Below, in pieces: positions 1 to 12,822 of a stretch of DNA of 64,000 nt (within the stretch, counting starts at the first letter, position 1; every line of letters begins with the position of its first letter). The stretch lies in contig OZ249451.1 of assembly GCA_965235115.1 (NCBI GenBank), positions 20,150,001 to 20,214,000 of the forward strand. The letters are read 5' to 3'. Below the pieces are notes generated by a model. The model was not told the DNA's origin. It saw only the letters and a program-made list of their open reading frames with translations, and ran no database searches. A program made the position numbers and the translations under genes. The DNA is from Laetmonice hystrix. Lineage: Eukaryota.

Positions 1-716
1 CTCCATCTAAGGGATCAACCCTTTGGCAGCAATAATACGACACTCGATATTGTTTTTCATATCACGTTTATCTTTTATTTGGGTAAAATGGGAGATTATC
101 ACCTCGCACGTCTTGAAGTGAGAGGGATTTGGTCCGATGGTATAAGACCATTAATGTAAGACTGCAGGCTTAAATATGTATTGTAGATCGACATTAATCG
201 GTCTAGTTCCAAATCAGGTTACCTCGGAAGCCATCGGAGGGGGGGGGGGGGTGCCTTAGTCGGCGGATTTATTGCCCTATAGGGGCAAAACGTCCCGATC
301 GGGAACGATCGCTGATTGGCTGACGCGACCCACATGGAGGTCCGCCTGTTCCGGAGACTGCCGAATGAGAGGCCGTCGGGTGTTTTCGTGACCCGGATGG
401 AGTTCAAAGGTGACAGTGGCTGGGTGGGTGTGGTTGAGAGTGGGAGGCAGCTGGCGGCGGTGGCGATGACAGGAATTGACGACATGTGGAACCATGGTGA
501 CACCCTCAACCCCGCCATCCTCGCCCTCCCCCCTCCCACCCGCTTCCTAATTAATGCCACCGTCAGCGCAATCCTTAATTACACCGGAACCATTAAAGGA
601 ACCTTTGTCAGCGCCTGTCACCTTGCGAGCTTGCTTTGCCAGCTCACGCGACATGTCGTTGTCAAAGCAGTCGGAGAACCTTGGGAGCACTTGGCTCCGC
701 AACCTGTCATTTCTGT

Positions 717-792
717 GAGTGGGGATGGGTGGGGAGGGGGGGGGGGGGTGAGGGGTGAGGGGGGGTGAGGGGTGGGGGGTGGGGTTGAGGGT
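717..792 (+). repeat. G-rich low-complexity tract (potential G-quadruplex)
   Basis: Many runs of 3-13 G separated by short t/tga spacers (ggggatgggtggggagggggggg...ggggttgaggg). Confidence 0.75.
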
Positions 793-859
793 TACCCGTG
801 AACGACAAAAGTGTCAGGTATGGCCGTGCACGGCACGCTATTGTCTCCCTGCCCCTCTC

Positions 860-2870
860 TACCACTGAGGGACAGGTGGGGACGGGGCAGTCAGACACAG
901 ACAGACAATCAGACAGACAGAGAAGACGGGGAAGTCTCTGTACCACTGAGGGACAGGTGGACACGGGGCAGTCAGACACAGACAGACAATCAGACAGACA
1001 GAGAGCACGGGAAAGTGTCTGTACCACTGAGGGACAGGTGAGGACGGGGCAGTCAGACACAGACAGACAATCAGACAGACAGAGAGCACGGGGAAGTCTC
1101 TGTACCACTGAGGGACAGGTGGGGACCGGTCAGTCAGACACAGACAGACAATCAGACAGACAGAGAGCACGGGGAAGTCTCTGTACCACTGAGAGACAGG
1201 TGGGGACGGGGCAGCCAGACACAGACAGACAATCAGACAGACAGAGAGCACGGGAAAGTGTCTGTACCACTGAGGGACAGGTGAGGACGGGGCAGTCAGA
1301 CACAGACAGACAATCAGACAGACAGAGAGCACGGGGAAGTCTCTGTACCACTGAGGGACAGGTGGGGACGGGGCAGTCAGACACAGACAGACAATCAGAC
1401 AGACAGAGAGCACGGGGAAGTCTCTGTACCACTGAGGGACAGGTGGGGACGGGGCAGTCAGACACAGACAGACAATCAGACAGACAGAGAGCACGGGAAA
1501 GTGTCTGTACCACTGAGGGACAGGTGGACACGGGGCAGTCAGACACAGACAGACAATCAGGCAGACAGAGAAGACGGGGAAGTCTCTGTACCACTGAGGG
1601 ACAGGTGGACACGGGGCAGTCAGACACAGACAGACAATCAGACAGACAGAGAGCACGGGGAAGTCTCTGTACCACTGAGGGACAGGTGGACACGGGGCAG
1701 TCAGACACAGACAGACAATCAGACAGACAGAGAGCACGGGGAAGTCTCTGTACCACTGAGGGACAGGTGGACACGGGGCAGTCAGACACAGACAGACAAT
1801 CAGACAGACAGAGAGCACGGGGAAGTCTCTGTACCACTGAGGGACAGGTGGGGACGGGGCAGTCAGACACAGACAGACAATCAGACAGACAGAGAGCACG
1901 GGGAAGTCTCTGTACCACTGAGGGACAGGTGGACACGGGGCAGTCAGACACAGACAGACAAGCAGACAGACAGAGAGCACGGGGAAGTCTCTGTACCACT
2001 GAGGGACAGGTGGACACGGGGCAGTCAGACACAGACAGACAATCAGACAGACAGAGAAGACGGGGAAGTCTCTGTACCACTGAGGGACAGGTGGACACGG
2101 GGCAGTCAGACACAGACAGACAATCAGACAGACAGAGAGCACGGGGAAGTCTCTGTACCACTGAGGGACAGGTGGACACCGGGCAGTCAGACACAGACAG
2201 ACAATCAGACAGACAGAGAGCACGGGGAAGTCTCTGTACCACTGAGGGACAGGTGGGGACGGGGCAGTCAGACACAGACAGACAATCAGACAGACAGAGA
2301 CCACGGGGAAGTCTCTGTACCACTGAGGGACAGGTGGGGACGGGGCAGCCAGACACAGACAGACAATCAGACAGACAGAGAGCACGGGGAAGTCTCTGTA
2401 CCACTGAGGGACAGGTGGGGACGGGGCAGTCAGACACAGACAGACAATCAGACAGACAGAGAGCGGGGAAGTCTCTGTACCACTGAGGGACAGGTGGACA
2501 CGGGGCAGTCAGACACAGACAGACAGACAGAGAAGACGGGGAAGTCTCTGTACCACTGAGGGACAGGTGGGGACGGGGCAGTCAGACACAGACAGACAAT
2601 CAGACAGACAGAGAGCGGGGAAGTCTCTGTACCACTGAGGGACAGGTGGGGACCGGGCAGTCAGACACAGACAGACAATCAGACAGACAGAGAAGACGGG
2701 GAAGTCTCTGTACCACTGAGGGACAGGTGGTGACGGGGCAGCCAGACACAGACAGACAATCAGACAGACTGAGAAGACGGGGAAGTCTCTGTACCACTGA
2801 GGGACAGGTGGTGACGGGGCAGCCAGACACAGACAGACAATCAGACAGACAGATAGCACGGGGAAGTCTC
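860..2870. repeat. Minisatellite, 81-bp unit, about 25 copies
   Basis: taccactgag recurs at 860, 941, 1022 and onward. Consensus is taccactgagggacaggtggggacggggcagtcagacacagacagacaatcagacagacagagagcacggggaagtctctg. The unit is 27 codons long, which explains the periodic ORFs on both strands. Confidence 0.97.
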
Positions 2871-3189
2871 GACAATTAAAATGTTCCTTAATGTACATTC
2901 GTAGAGCTCGCTGTAATATCCAAGAGGTCGAGTTCTATCTATAAATGTCTGTAGACATTTGGTTAAATCATTTTTGTGTCGATTATTAAGTTCGGTTCGA
3001 TTCAATTATATTTTGTTTTCAAACTAATTCCAAAATCGATCAAACTAACGTTTTATATGTATGTATTAGTATAGAACTATGGATGGAAATAAGGACATGG
3101 ATCCAAGAATATAATTGATCTTTGTGTGAAGGGATATGCCGGGTACCAATGTCGCTGTCATATATTTCTATAGGGATATAATTAGCGAA

Positions 3190-6100
3190 CTTGATCTCTC
3201 CTAGATTACCACTGATTGACAGTTATCTAGAGAGGTCACACAAACCTTCATCTGCTAGATTACCACTGATTGACAGTTATCTAGAAAGGTCACAGAAACT
3301 TCTCTCTTAAGTTAGCACTGACTAACAGTTATTTAGATAGGTCACGCAAACCTTCATCTCTCCTAGATTACCACTGATTGACAGTTATCTAGAGAGGTCA
3401 CACAAACCTACATCCCTCCTAGATTACCATTGATTGACAGTTATCTAGAGAGGTCACCCAAACCTTCTTCTCACCGAGATTACCACTGCTTGATACTTAT
3501 CTAGAGAGGTCACCCAAACCTTCATCTCTGCTGGATTACCACTGATTGTCAGTTATCTAAAGAGGTCACCCGAACCTTCATATCTCCTAGATTACCACTG
3601 ATTGACAGTTATCTAGAGAGGTCACCCAAACCTTCATATCTCCTAGATTACCACTGATTGACAGTTATCTAGAGAGGTCACCCAAACCTTCATATCTCCT
3701 AGATTACCACTGATTGACAGTTATCTAGAGAGGTCACACAAACCTTGATCTCTCCTAGATTATCACTTATTGACAGTTATCTGGAGAGGTCACGCAAACC
3801 TTGATCTCTCCTAGATTCCCACTTATTGACAGTTATCTGGAGAGGTCACGCAAACCTACCTCTCTCCTAGATTATCACTGATTGACAGTTATCTGGACAG
3901 GTCACGCAAACCTTGATCTCTCCTAGATTCCCACTTATTGACAGTTATCTGGAGAGGTCACGCAAACCTTCCTCTCTCCTAGATTATCACTGATTGACAG
4001 TTATCTGGAGAGGTCACGCAAACCTTCCTCTCTCCTAGATTACCACTGATTGACAGTTATCTAGAGAGGTCACACAAACCTTCATCTCTCCTAGATTACC
4101 ACTTATTGACAGTTATCTAGAGAGGTCACACAAACCTTCATATCTCCTAGATTACCACTGATTGACAGTTATCTAGAGAGGTCACCCAAACCTTCATATC
4201 TCCTAGATTACCACTGATTGACAGTTATCTAGAGAGGTCACGCAAATCTTGATCCCTCCTAGATTACCACTTATTGTCAGTTATCTAGAGAGGTCACCCG
4301 AACCTTCATCTCTCCTAGATTATCACTTATTGACAGTTATCTAGAGAGGTCACCCGAACCTTCATATCTCCTAGATTACCACTTATTGACAGTTATCTAG
4401 AGAGGTCACCCGAACCTTCATATCTCCTAGATTACCACTTATTGACAGTTATCTAGAGAGGTCACCCAAACCTTCATATCTCCTAGATTACCACTGATTG
4501 ACAGTTATCTAGAGAGGTCACACAAACCTTATCTCTGCTAGATTACGACTGATTGACAGTTATCTAGAGGGGTCACGCAAACCTTCATATCTCCTAGATT
4601 ACCACTGATTGACAGTTATCTAGAGGTCACACAAACCTTCATATCTCCTAGATTACCACTTATTGACAGTTATCTAGAGAGGTCACCCGAACCTTCATAT
4701 CTCCTAGATTACCACTTATTGACAGTTATCTAGAGAGGTCACCCGAACCTTCATATCTCCTAGATTACCACTTATTGACAGTTATCTAGAGAGGTCACCC
4801 GAACCTTCATATCTCCTAGATTACCACTTATTGACAGTTATCTAGAGAGGTCACCCAAACCTTCCTCTGCTAGATTACCACTGATTGACAGTTATTTAGA
4901 TAGGTCACGCAAACCTTCATATCTCCTAGATTACCACTGATTGACAGTTATCTAGAGAGGTCACACAAACCTTCATATCTCCTAGATTACCACTGATTGA
5001 CAGTTATCTAGAGAGGTCACGCAAACCTTCATATCTCCTAGATTACCACTTATTGACAGTTATCTAGAGAGGTCACCCAAACCTTCATATCTCCTAGATT
5101 ACCACTGATTGACAGTTATTTAGATAGGTCACCCAAACCTTCATCCCTCCTAGATTACCATTGATTGACAGTTATCTAGAGAGGTCACTGAATCCTTCAT
5201 CTCTCCTAGATTATCACTTATTGACAGTTATCTAGAGAGGTCACCCAAACCTTCATATCTCCTAGATTACCACTGATTGACAGTTATCTAGAGAGGTCAC
5301 CCAAACCGTCATATCTCCTAGATTACCACTGATTGACAGTTATCTAGAGAGATCACCCAAACCGTCATATCTCCTAGATTACCACTGATTGACAGTTATC
5401 TAGAGAGGTCACTGAATCCTTCATCTCTCCTAGATTATCACTTATTGACAGTTATCTAGAGAGGTCACGCAAACCTTCCTCTCTCCTAGATTATCACTGA
5501 TTGACAGTTATCTAGAGAGGTCACCCAAACCTTCATCTCTCCTGGATTATCATTGATTGACAGTTATCTAGAGAGGTCACACAAACCTTCATCTCTCCTG
5601 GATTACCATTGATTGACAGTTATCTAGAGAGGTCACACAAACCTTCTTATATGTCCTAGATTACCACTGATTGACAGTTATCTAGAGAGGTCACCCAAAC
5701 CTTATCTCTGCTAGATTACCATTGATTGACAGTTATCTAGAGAGGTCAAGCAAACCATCATAACTTCTAGATTATCACTGATTGACAGTTATCTAGATAG
5801 GTCACGCAAACCTTCATCTCTCCTAGATTACCACTGATTGACAGTTATCTAGAGAGGTCACGCAAACCTTCATCTATCCTGGATTACCACTGGTTGACAG
5901 TTATCTAGAGAGGTCTAGCAAACCATCATAACTTCTAGATTATCACTGATTGACAGTTATCTAGATAGGTCACACAAACGGTCATCTCTCCTAGATTACC
6001 ACTGACTGACAGTTATCTATAGTGGACACCCAAACCTTCATCTCTCCTGGATTACCATTGATTGACAGTTATCTAGAGAGGTCACACAAACCTTCATCTC

Positions 6101-7040
6101 TCCTGGATTACCTTTGATTGACAGTTATCTAGAGAGGTCACACAAACCTTCATCTATCCTGGATTACCATTGATTGACAGTTATCTAGAGAGCTCACCTG
6201 AACCTTCATATCTCCTAGATTACCACTGATTGACAGTTATCTAGAGAGGTCACACAAACCTTCATATCTCCTAGATTACCACTGATTGACAGTTATCTAG
6301 AGAGGTCACACAAACCTTCATGTCTCATAGATTACCACCGATTGACAGATATCTAGAGAGGTCACCCAAACCTTCATCTCTCATAGATTAACATTGATTG
6401 ACAGTTATCTAGAGAGGTCACACAAACCTTCATATCTCCTAGATTACCACTGATTGACAGTTATCTAGAGAGGTCACACAAACCTTCATATCTCCTAGAT
6501 TACGACTGATTGACAGTTATCTAGAGAGGTCACACAAACCTTCATCTCTCATAGATTACCACCGATTGACAGTTATCTAGAGAGGTCACAGAAACCTTGA
6601 TCTCTCCTAGATTACCACTGATTGACAGTTATCTAGAGAGGTCACAGAAACCTTCATCTCGCATAGATTGCCACTGATTGACAGTTATCTAGAGAGGTCA
6701 CGCAAACCTTTATCTATCCTAGATTACCACTGATTGACAGTTATCTAGAGAGATCACAGAAACCTTTATCTATCCTAGATTACGACTGATTGATAGTTAT
6801 CTAGAGAGGTCACACAAACCTTTATCTCTCCTAGATTACCACTGATTGACAGTTATCTAGAGAGGTCACGCAAACCTTCATCTCTCCTAGATTACCATTG
6901 ATTGACAGTTATCTAGAGAGGTCACACAAACCTTCATCTCTCATAGATTACCACTGATTGAAAGTTATCTAGAGAGGTCACGCAAACCTTCATCTCTCCT
7001 AGATTACCACTGACTGACAGTTATCTAGAGAGGTCACACA
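3190..7040. repeat. Minisatellite, 56-bp unit, about 69 copies
   Basis: Consensus is ctagattaccactgattgacagttatctagagaggtcacacaaaccttcatctctc. The period is read from ctag at 4091 and 4147. Confidence 0.97.
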
Positions 7041-9158
7041 CACAGAAGGGGGCGTTTTCCAGATGATATCCATTCGTCCCACCATATTTAATTGATGACT
7101 GCCATTAGGACGAGATGACGGGCAGAAACTCGGCCCTCCCCCAGCGCCATCTTTACACCCCACCCCCACCCCAGTCATGCATTACCTTTATGTTAATTCC
7201 TTGTTTTAATTCCAGCCCAAATCTTCCCCGTGATCAAGGTGTTGTGGGTGGCATTTGCAGCTTAATTGGTTTCCAATGAGTAAGCCAGCCTGGGGGCAGG
7301 GGTGGGGTTAAGGTTATTTTAGCGGGCGTTCTCTTGATCAGCCCGCTGGGTGAGCCGTTAGCATTATCAAGGCAGAGTAACTTGTCCTTGCGGAGTCACC
7401 TTCCCACGCTGTCGACGCTGGCCTTTGTGACGACCCGGTATGAAGTCGTCATCACCCCGTGTGGGCCACTGATCTGCACGTGATTTGACATTTGGTGCCA
7501 CGTGAAACCAGGCATGTGACATTTCCTTACCGCTCGGCCCGACTCCAAACTCCCATTCTGTCCTACTACTCACGGTCCCCACAACGGCGATAAAAGTTCT
7601 CCTACCTCCGAACCATGGAGCTTCACGTTAACTGATGTGATAAAGATTCCGCTGAGACAAAACGAGGTTCATTTACTTCTGTTGCCGGATGTGATTATAG
7701 AGAGTTATAACAGAATGAGCCGAGATATTCTTTAAAAAGTCGCACTTTGAACATGTGGGGCTGGAAGTGGTCTATTTGAGCGACTGTAGAATTTCATTTA
7801 AAACCTTGGATTTTTCTTGAAAGCAGCGTTCTCTTTTTGAGAGAAACTTTATTGTTTCCTATTTCATATTTTTAACTTTTTGTAACGAGCGAAGAACTAC
7901 GGAATCCGTTTAAATGGTTGGGCAGAAATACTCGATGAGGTTTGCCAGAACTTTAAAGTTAGATATAGCCGAATGTTTGTACACAGACTGTTGGTAAATT
8001 ACAATCATATTTTCTGCTATGCTCGAACGAAATGTCATTTGTCATAGAAAACTGTGGGGGCGTGCGCAAGCGACCAGTCCAATTTCAATATGTCATTTGT
8101 ATATCTTAACTAAATTTATTCTTGAGAATTGACCTTCAGTGGTTTCATCTGCATGTGTATCAGTTTATATAGTAAGGCGTATGGAGGTGGACTAACGGAT
8201 TATAATCCTCATTTACCGTTTATATATCAGTGTAATGGTCAAAAATATATATATTAACAAGGACGAAATAATGAATATCTGTCGGCTAAATTATTAGTCA
8301 TAATGTCCCTCCAAGCCAAAATTTTCTTTTTTCATTTTTCTGTCCACTTTCCGACCTTTCCGTCTTTTTTTAACTATATCAGTTGTAATAACGCGTGCGA
8401 ACAACATTCCTTTGTCTTTATATGACTTTTATTGTGATATATTGTCTGTCCTGTAGGTAAATATACCCATGCCTTACATACTTGAGTTGCGTCACTTCTC
8501 ACATTTTCAGCCCGTGCACGTTCCACTGGTTTACGTTGGGTGGCCTCGCCTCTGTAGTAGTTTGGTGGTGTGGGGGCGGGGGGGGGGGGACTTCGGTGGA
8601 AATGGCAAACTCACTTAGCGCGACTCAACATCCATCCCCGGTGACACGGTCATTTGAAGGGAATTTATGACACGAGGTTGTCAGGACGACTTGGTTGAAT
8701 CGTTTGTCTCAGCCACGGCTTTCCCTGGCCACCGGCAACATGTCACATGTTGACAGACTCGCAATTTGTCTGAAAGTAAAATATTGTGGCAGCTTGTAGA
8801 TTACCTATGTATGTAAATGCTTACATATATCGATGTATTGGTTGATATAGGCATGAATGACAATGGGTGTGTGTAGGAATACATTTGTGCCTTTAGAGGG
8901 TTTTATATGCCGCTGGAAGTACAAATGTGGACTAAATTTACCTCCTTGAACGAGCTCAGCGTTGTTCAAAGATGTCGAATACGCTATATCGACAAATACT
9001 AAATCCCCTCATGTCTGCTGTGTTTATTAATGATAAACATGTATTTTTAAATTTTTCTCCAGCTCTTTCCCATGCTGATTTTATGTAGTAATTGCACTCC
9101 TGTACCCCTCAAGGGTATAGGTTGTGCTTAGACTATTGCATACTCCTCAAAACTTTTG

Positions 9159-9270
9159 AGATCGTCAGTAGGCAGTATTTTACCGATAAATCCCATGACC
9201 TTATATTTCCGTTTAGATCGTCAGTAGGCAGTATTTTACCGATAAATCCCATGACCTTATATTTCCGTTT
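9159..9270. repeat. Tandem duplication, 2 x 56 bp
   Basis: agatcgtcagtaggcagtattttaccgataaatcccatgaccttatatttccgttt occurs at 9159 and 9215. Confidence 0.9.
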
Positions 9271-11276
9271 ACGATATATAATTACGGCATTAAGAAACAG
9301 TGTTTACCCGATTATTCTGGCGTTTATGATCGCACCAAAATTATTGTGATTTATTGCTTCTTTCTGTTGTAACTTTTATTAATATATATAATATAATCAG
9401 TTCTATATAAATTTGAAAGATGCACGATCACGCTTAGAGACTCTGGGTTACCTAATACTAAACAAATATATGTAACTGTAAACCAGTTTCTTCTGGTCGC
9501 GTTTAATTTTTTCACGGGTTTATGAACGGACGATTTGATTTATTGACTCTGATTAAAGTCAGAAACTTCTCGTGGCCAGGAAAATTTTGTTTGGTGAAAT
9601 GTATTATAAAAATAGTTACAATTTTACCAAACTTTAAACCATAGAAACCTCGACTGAGCTAAACCATTCAAAGATAATATAAAGTTAATCGTTTGGTATA
9701 ACCAATAGAATAATTGTGAATTCGGACTTAAAGTCTGTCAAACTTGAAGGACCCGTGTCTGTGTCCACTTAACAATTATATATCCAGTCCATGTAAAAGA
9801 GTCATGACGACATTATTTCTGACAAGAATTTTGCTATACAACCAACTTTAGAAATAGAGAAAATGCATTAAATCACGTACATTGTATTGCTGATTTAGAC
9901 AAGACAGGGTTTGGGAAATGTTGGGAACTTTCTCCATAATCTATATCACACATAATCTATATCACTTGAGAGATTTGAAAGAGTCTTAAGTTATTCGTCT
10001 TCGTATCAGACTTTGAGTAGAAAAGAACTCTTAGATCTTTTTCATATTTGATCATATTTATAAGTCTATAATATTATCTATTCTACAGCCTAATACTCTT
10101 TTTATCTTGAAGTGGTGCTTAGGTAATCCTGGATTTTAGAAGATTCTCTTGGTTAATTTGTTGTAAATACCAATAATTAATTCACTAACAAAAGTACGTT
10201 TGATTTTTGGATTCGTCGCAGCAACATGTGTAAGTGCATTCCATTTTATGGCACGTATAGGTATGCGATTTGCGTGTCCTACACATACATCACAATACAT
10301 GTATACATAAATACATTTGTGTAGAAATGTGATGATGCAGACGTTCTAATTGATGGATCGATCTGCATATCCTACGTCATAGAAATGGAACAGTGTAGTT
10401 TCCAGACATATAGAAACGGGAACAGTGTGCTGGAAAGGCAAGTCGGAATCCTCTTTTCATATTAGGATTACAATCATTTAGTGATGTTACAAAATGAAAG
10501 ACAGATCGAACTGTCTGTTTCACATGGGCGATTTTGCCATGCAAATGAGTGTTATTTGTGAATCTGCAAGGCATTCTAAAAGTTCTAACTAGCCGCGGAC
10601 TGTCAGCAGGCCGTCTTGAAGACATGAATCAGTCGTTGTTGATGTCAGCAGTGAATAGCAAGAATTATCTTGCGAGAAGTCGCAATATTTTAGAAATTCT
10701 CCTCGAGTCTGTGGCTTTCTGCGTGGGAAAAGATTATTGGCTTTCAAACAAAAGCTGTCGGGGCACTTTGTCTCGGGAACTGTAGCTTCGGGTGGAGGTT
10801 GGATTAACTTAAGCCGTGAAGGCAATGGATCGTCCGAGCCAGTCTTTGGAATTCGGCTGAATACAATGATGTCCAAATATTACTTTCAAATTAGATTTTC
10901 TGATCTACAATTCAGGGCACGTCGTGGTCCGGGCCCTACATGGCCATCCAATCCATTCTTGTTGGGCAAAGTCAACATCATTTGGGAAATTGCCCTGAAG
11001 AAAGATCGATAGCTCCCCGCCATGCGGCCGAGCTTGGAATACCTTACACTTGGAAGCCCCCCCCCCCCCATGTAAAATCTGTCGCTGTCAGTAGTGAACG
11101 CCACGCAGCGAAACACCGCCCTAAATTGACTGACGTCCCGTGGAAAATCCTCCAGTATGGCCACCTACCGGCCGAACTGATGCCACCACGTGTGGTTGTA
11201 GTGTGGATGGGGAGGGGGGGGGGGGGTATCCCCGTTTGGATGCTGCGAAAGTTACTTCGCGCCCTTTCCAATGTGC

Positions 11277-11358
11277 CTGATTGGCCGAAAGTCTGTTCGC
11301 TCGCTTCCCGCTAGGTGGCTGCAGTGAATTAACCTCACCACGACCTGCGTCACGTGGT
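11277..11358 (+). promoter_or_regulatory. Candidate cis-regulatory element: CCAAT box, CTCF-like motif and E-box
   Basis: ctgattggc (reverse CCAAT) at about 11277, ccgctaggtggc at 11308-11319 (fits the CCRSYAGRKGGC core) and gtcacgtgg at about 11349, in a CpG-rich stretch. Confidence 0.4.
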
Positions 11359-12082
11359 TTCTCTGCGCACGCCTCCTTTCGCTATCGGCCTGAGAGTTTA
11401 CAGATGTTCTGGGTCAGAGAATTGCCTTATTTAACGGCAACACATTATTTCCATTATAGAAGCCTCCATTGAAGTGTTCGGCGTAGCGTGCATACCCCCA
11501 GCGCCCGCCCCCTCGACCGGCGAGGTGGAATCAAAGCGGGGAGTCGCCTGATATGAGAGAAAGTAGTCCCTTCACCCAGTTCAAAACGTAAATTAATGAG
11601 CGACGTTGCGATGGTGTGGCGTCCCTGAAGGCGTGTGTTCGCAATCTGATGTGGCTGTCTTGTTGTTGTTTGATTTTTTTTGTATGTGTAGTGTTACAAG
11701 TCAGTGTCGGTCATCCCAAAGTGGTCCATACCTAAACCCGCTTTGTTTTTATGCTATAAGGTAAGTGGAATGCACTCAGAGAATAGCTTAGCTGGCAATG
11801 TTGTTGATTTTTTTTGAATGGGATTCGGCCGTTTATCACCTTGGTTCCAGTAAACGTATCAGTTGGACCACACGACCAGTTGAGAAGTCCATCTTTTACC
11901 AAAGTCAGCATATTTTACCTGTAGCCTATCTTTAATTAGACAAAGGTTTGTGACCCTGTAGCGGAACAGACAGGCTGTGCACACCGCCAGGAAGATTTGG
12001 GGCTGGGAGTTTTTGGTGCACGGGAAACCCTCACGTGCTCCCTGCCAGCCAGCTGTCGCCATGTTGGAGCGAGGACAGTGAA

Positions 12083-12096
12083 GGGTCAAGAGGTCA
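12083..12096 (+). promoter_or_regulatory. Nuclear-receptor DR2 element
   Basis: gggtca-ag-aggtca, with another aggtca at 12109-12114. Motif match only. Confidence 0.35.
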
Positions 12097-12391
12097 TCCT
12101 CCAGTCAAAGGTCAGGCCTGGCGGGCCTATGGCATTTACCGCCAAACCTGCACGGTATGGTGTGTCTAGGTGGGTGTATGTTATATGTGTGCTTGTCTTG
12201 TGGAAGCGCACGCGATGCAATTGCTGATGGCGAGAAATTGCTAATAAATTACCCAGCCTGGATTGTTTAACCCAAATATCCCAGTCACTATGGAGGAACA
12301 AAATCTGCAGCTACATTATAGAGACATCAGTGGGACTGAGTGATTCCATCAAGTAGAGAAAGGTACGTGTTAGTTCGCTCCAGAACCCTTC

Positions 12392-12822
12392 CAACAACCC
12401 TGAACAGTCAGTAACCCTGCCCATGTTAACACAACAACCCTGAGCAGTCAGTAACCCTGCCCATGCTAACACAACAACCCTGAGCAGTCAGTAACCCTGC
12501 CTATGGTAACACAACAACCCTGAGCAGTCAGTAACCCTGCCCATGCTAACACAACAACCCTGAGCAGTCAGTAACCCTGCCCATGCTAACACAACAACCC
12601 TGAGCAGTCAGTAACCCTGCCCATGCTAACACAACAACCCTGAGCAGTCAGTAACCCTGCCCATGCTAACACAACAACCCTGAGCAGTCAGTAACCCTGC
12701 CCATGCTAACACCACTCTCCGGTTTGACAACCCTTAGCAGTCAGTAACCCTGCCGATGCTAACACAACAACCCTGAGCAGTCAGTAACCCTGCCTGGGTT
12801 AACACCACTCCCCGGTTTAACA
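12392..12822. repeat. Minisatellite, 40-bp unit, about 10 copies
   Basis: Consensus is aacacaacaaccctgagcagtcagtaaccctgcccatgct. Two units near the 3' end carry a caccactc..ccggttt variant. Confidence 0.95.

Noticed and set aside
308-320. 13-bp exact match atcgctgattggc to 63067-63079 in the Lox5 promoter
   Set aside because: Tens of chance 13-mer matches are expected within a 64-kb window, and no Hox-like exon follows position 320.
798-2898. Long ORFs of 350-560 aa on both strands
   Set aside because: They are translations of the 81-bp tandem repeat, open in several frames at once, with no domain or gene structure.
7177-7209. MHYLYVNSLF, resembling the Hox N-terminal SYFVNSL motif
   Set aside because: It stops after 10 codons, with no splice donor or hexapeptide.
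11953-11961. Second accctgtag (miR-10-like 5' end)
   Set aside because: The following bases do not match miR-10 and there is no long complementary arm.
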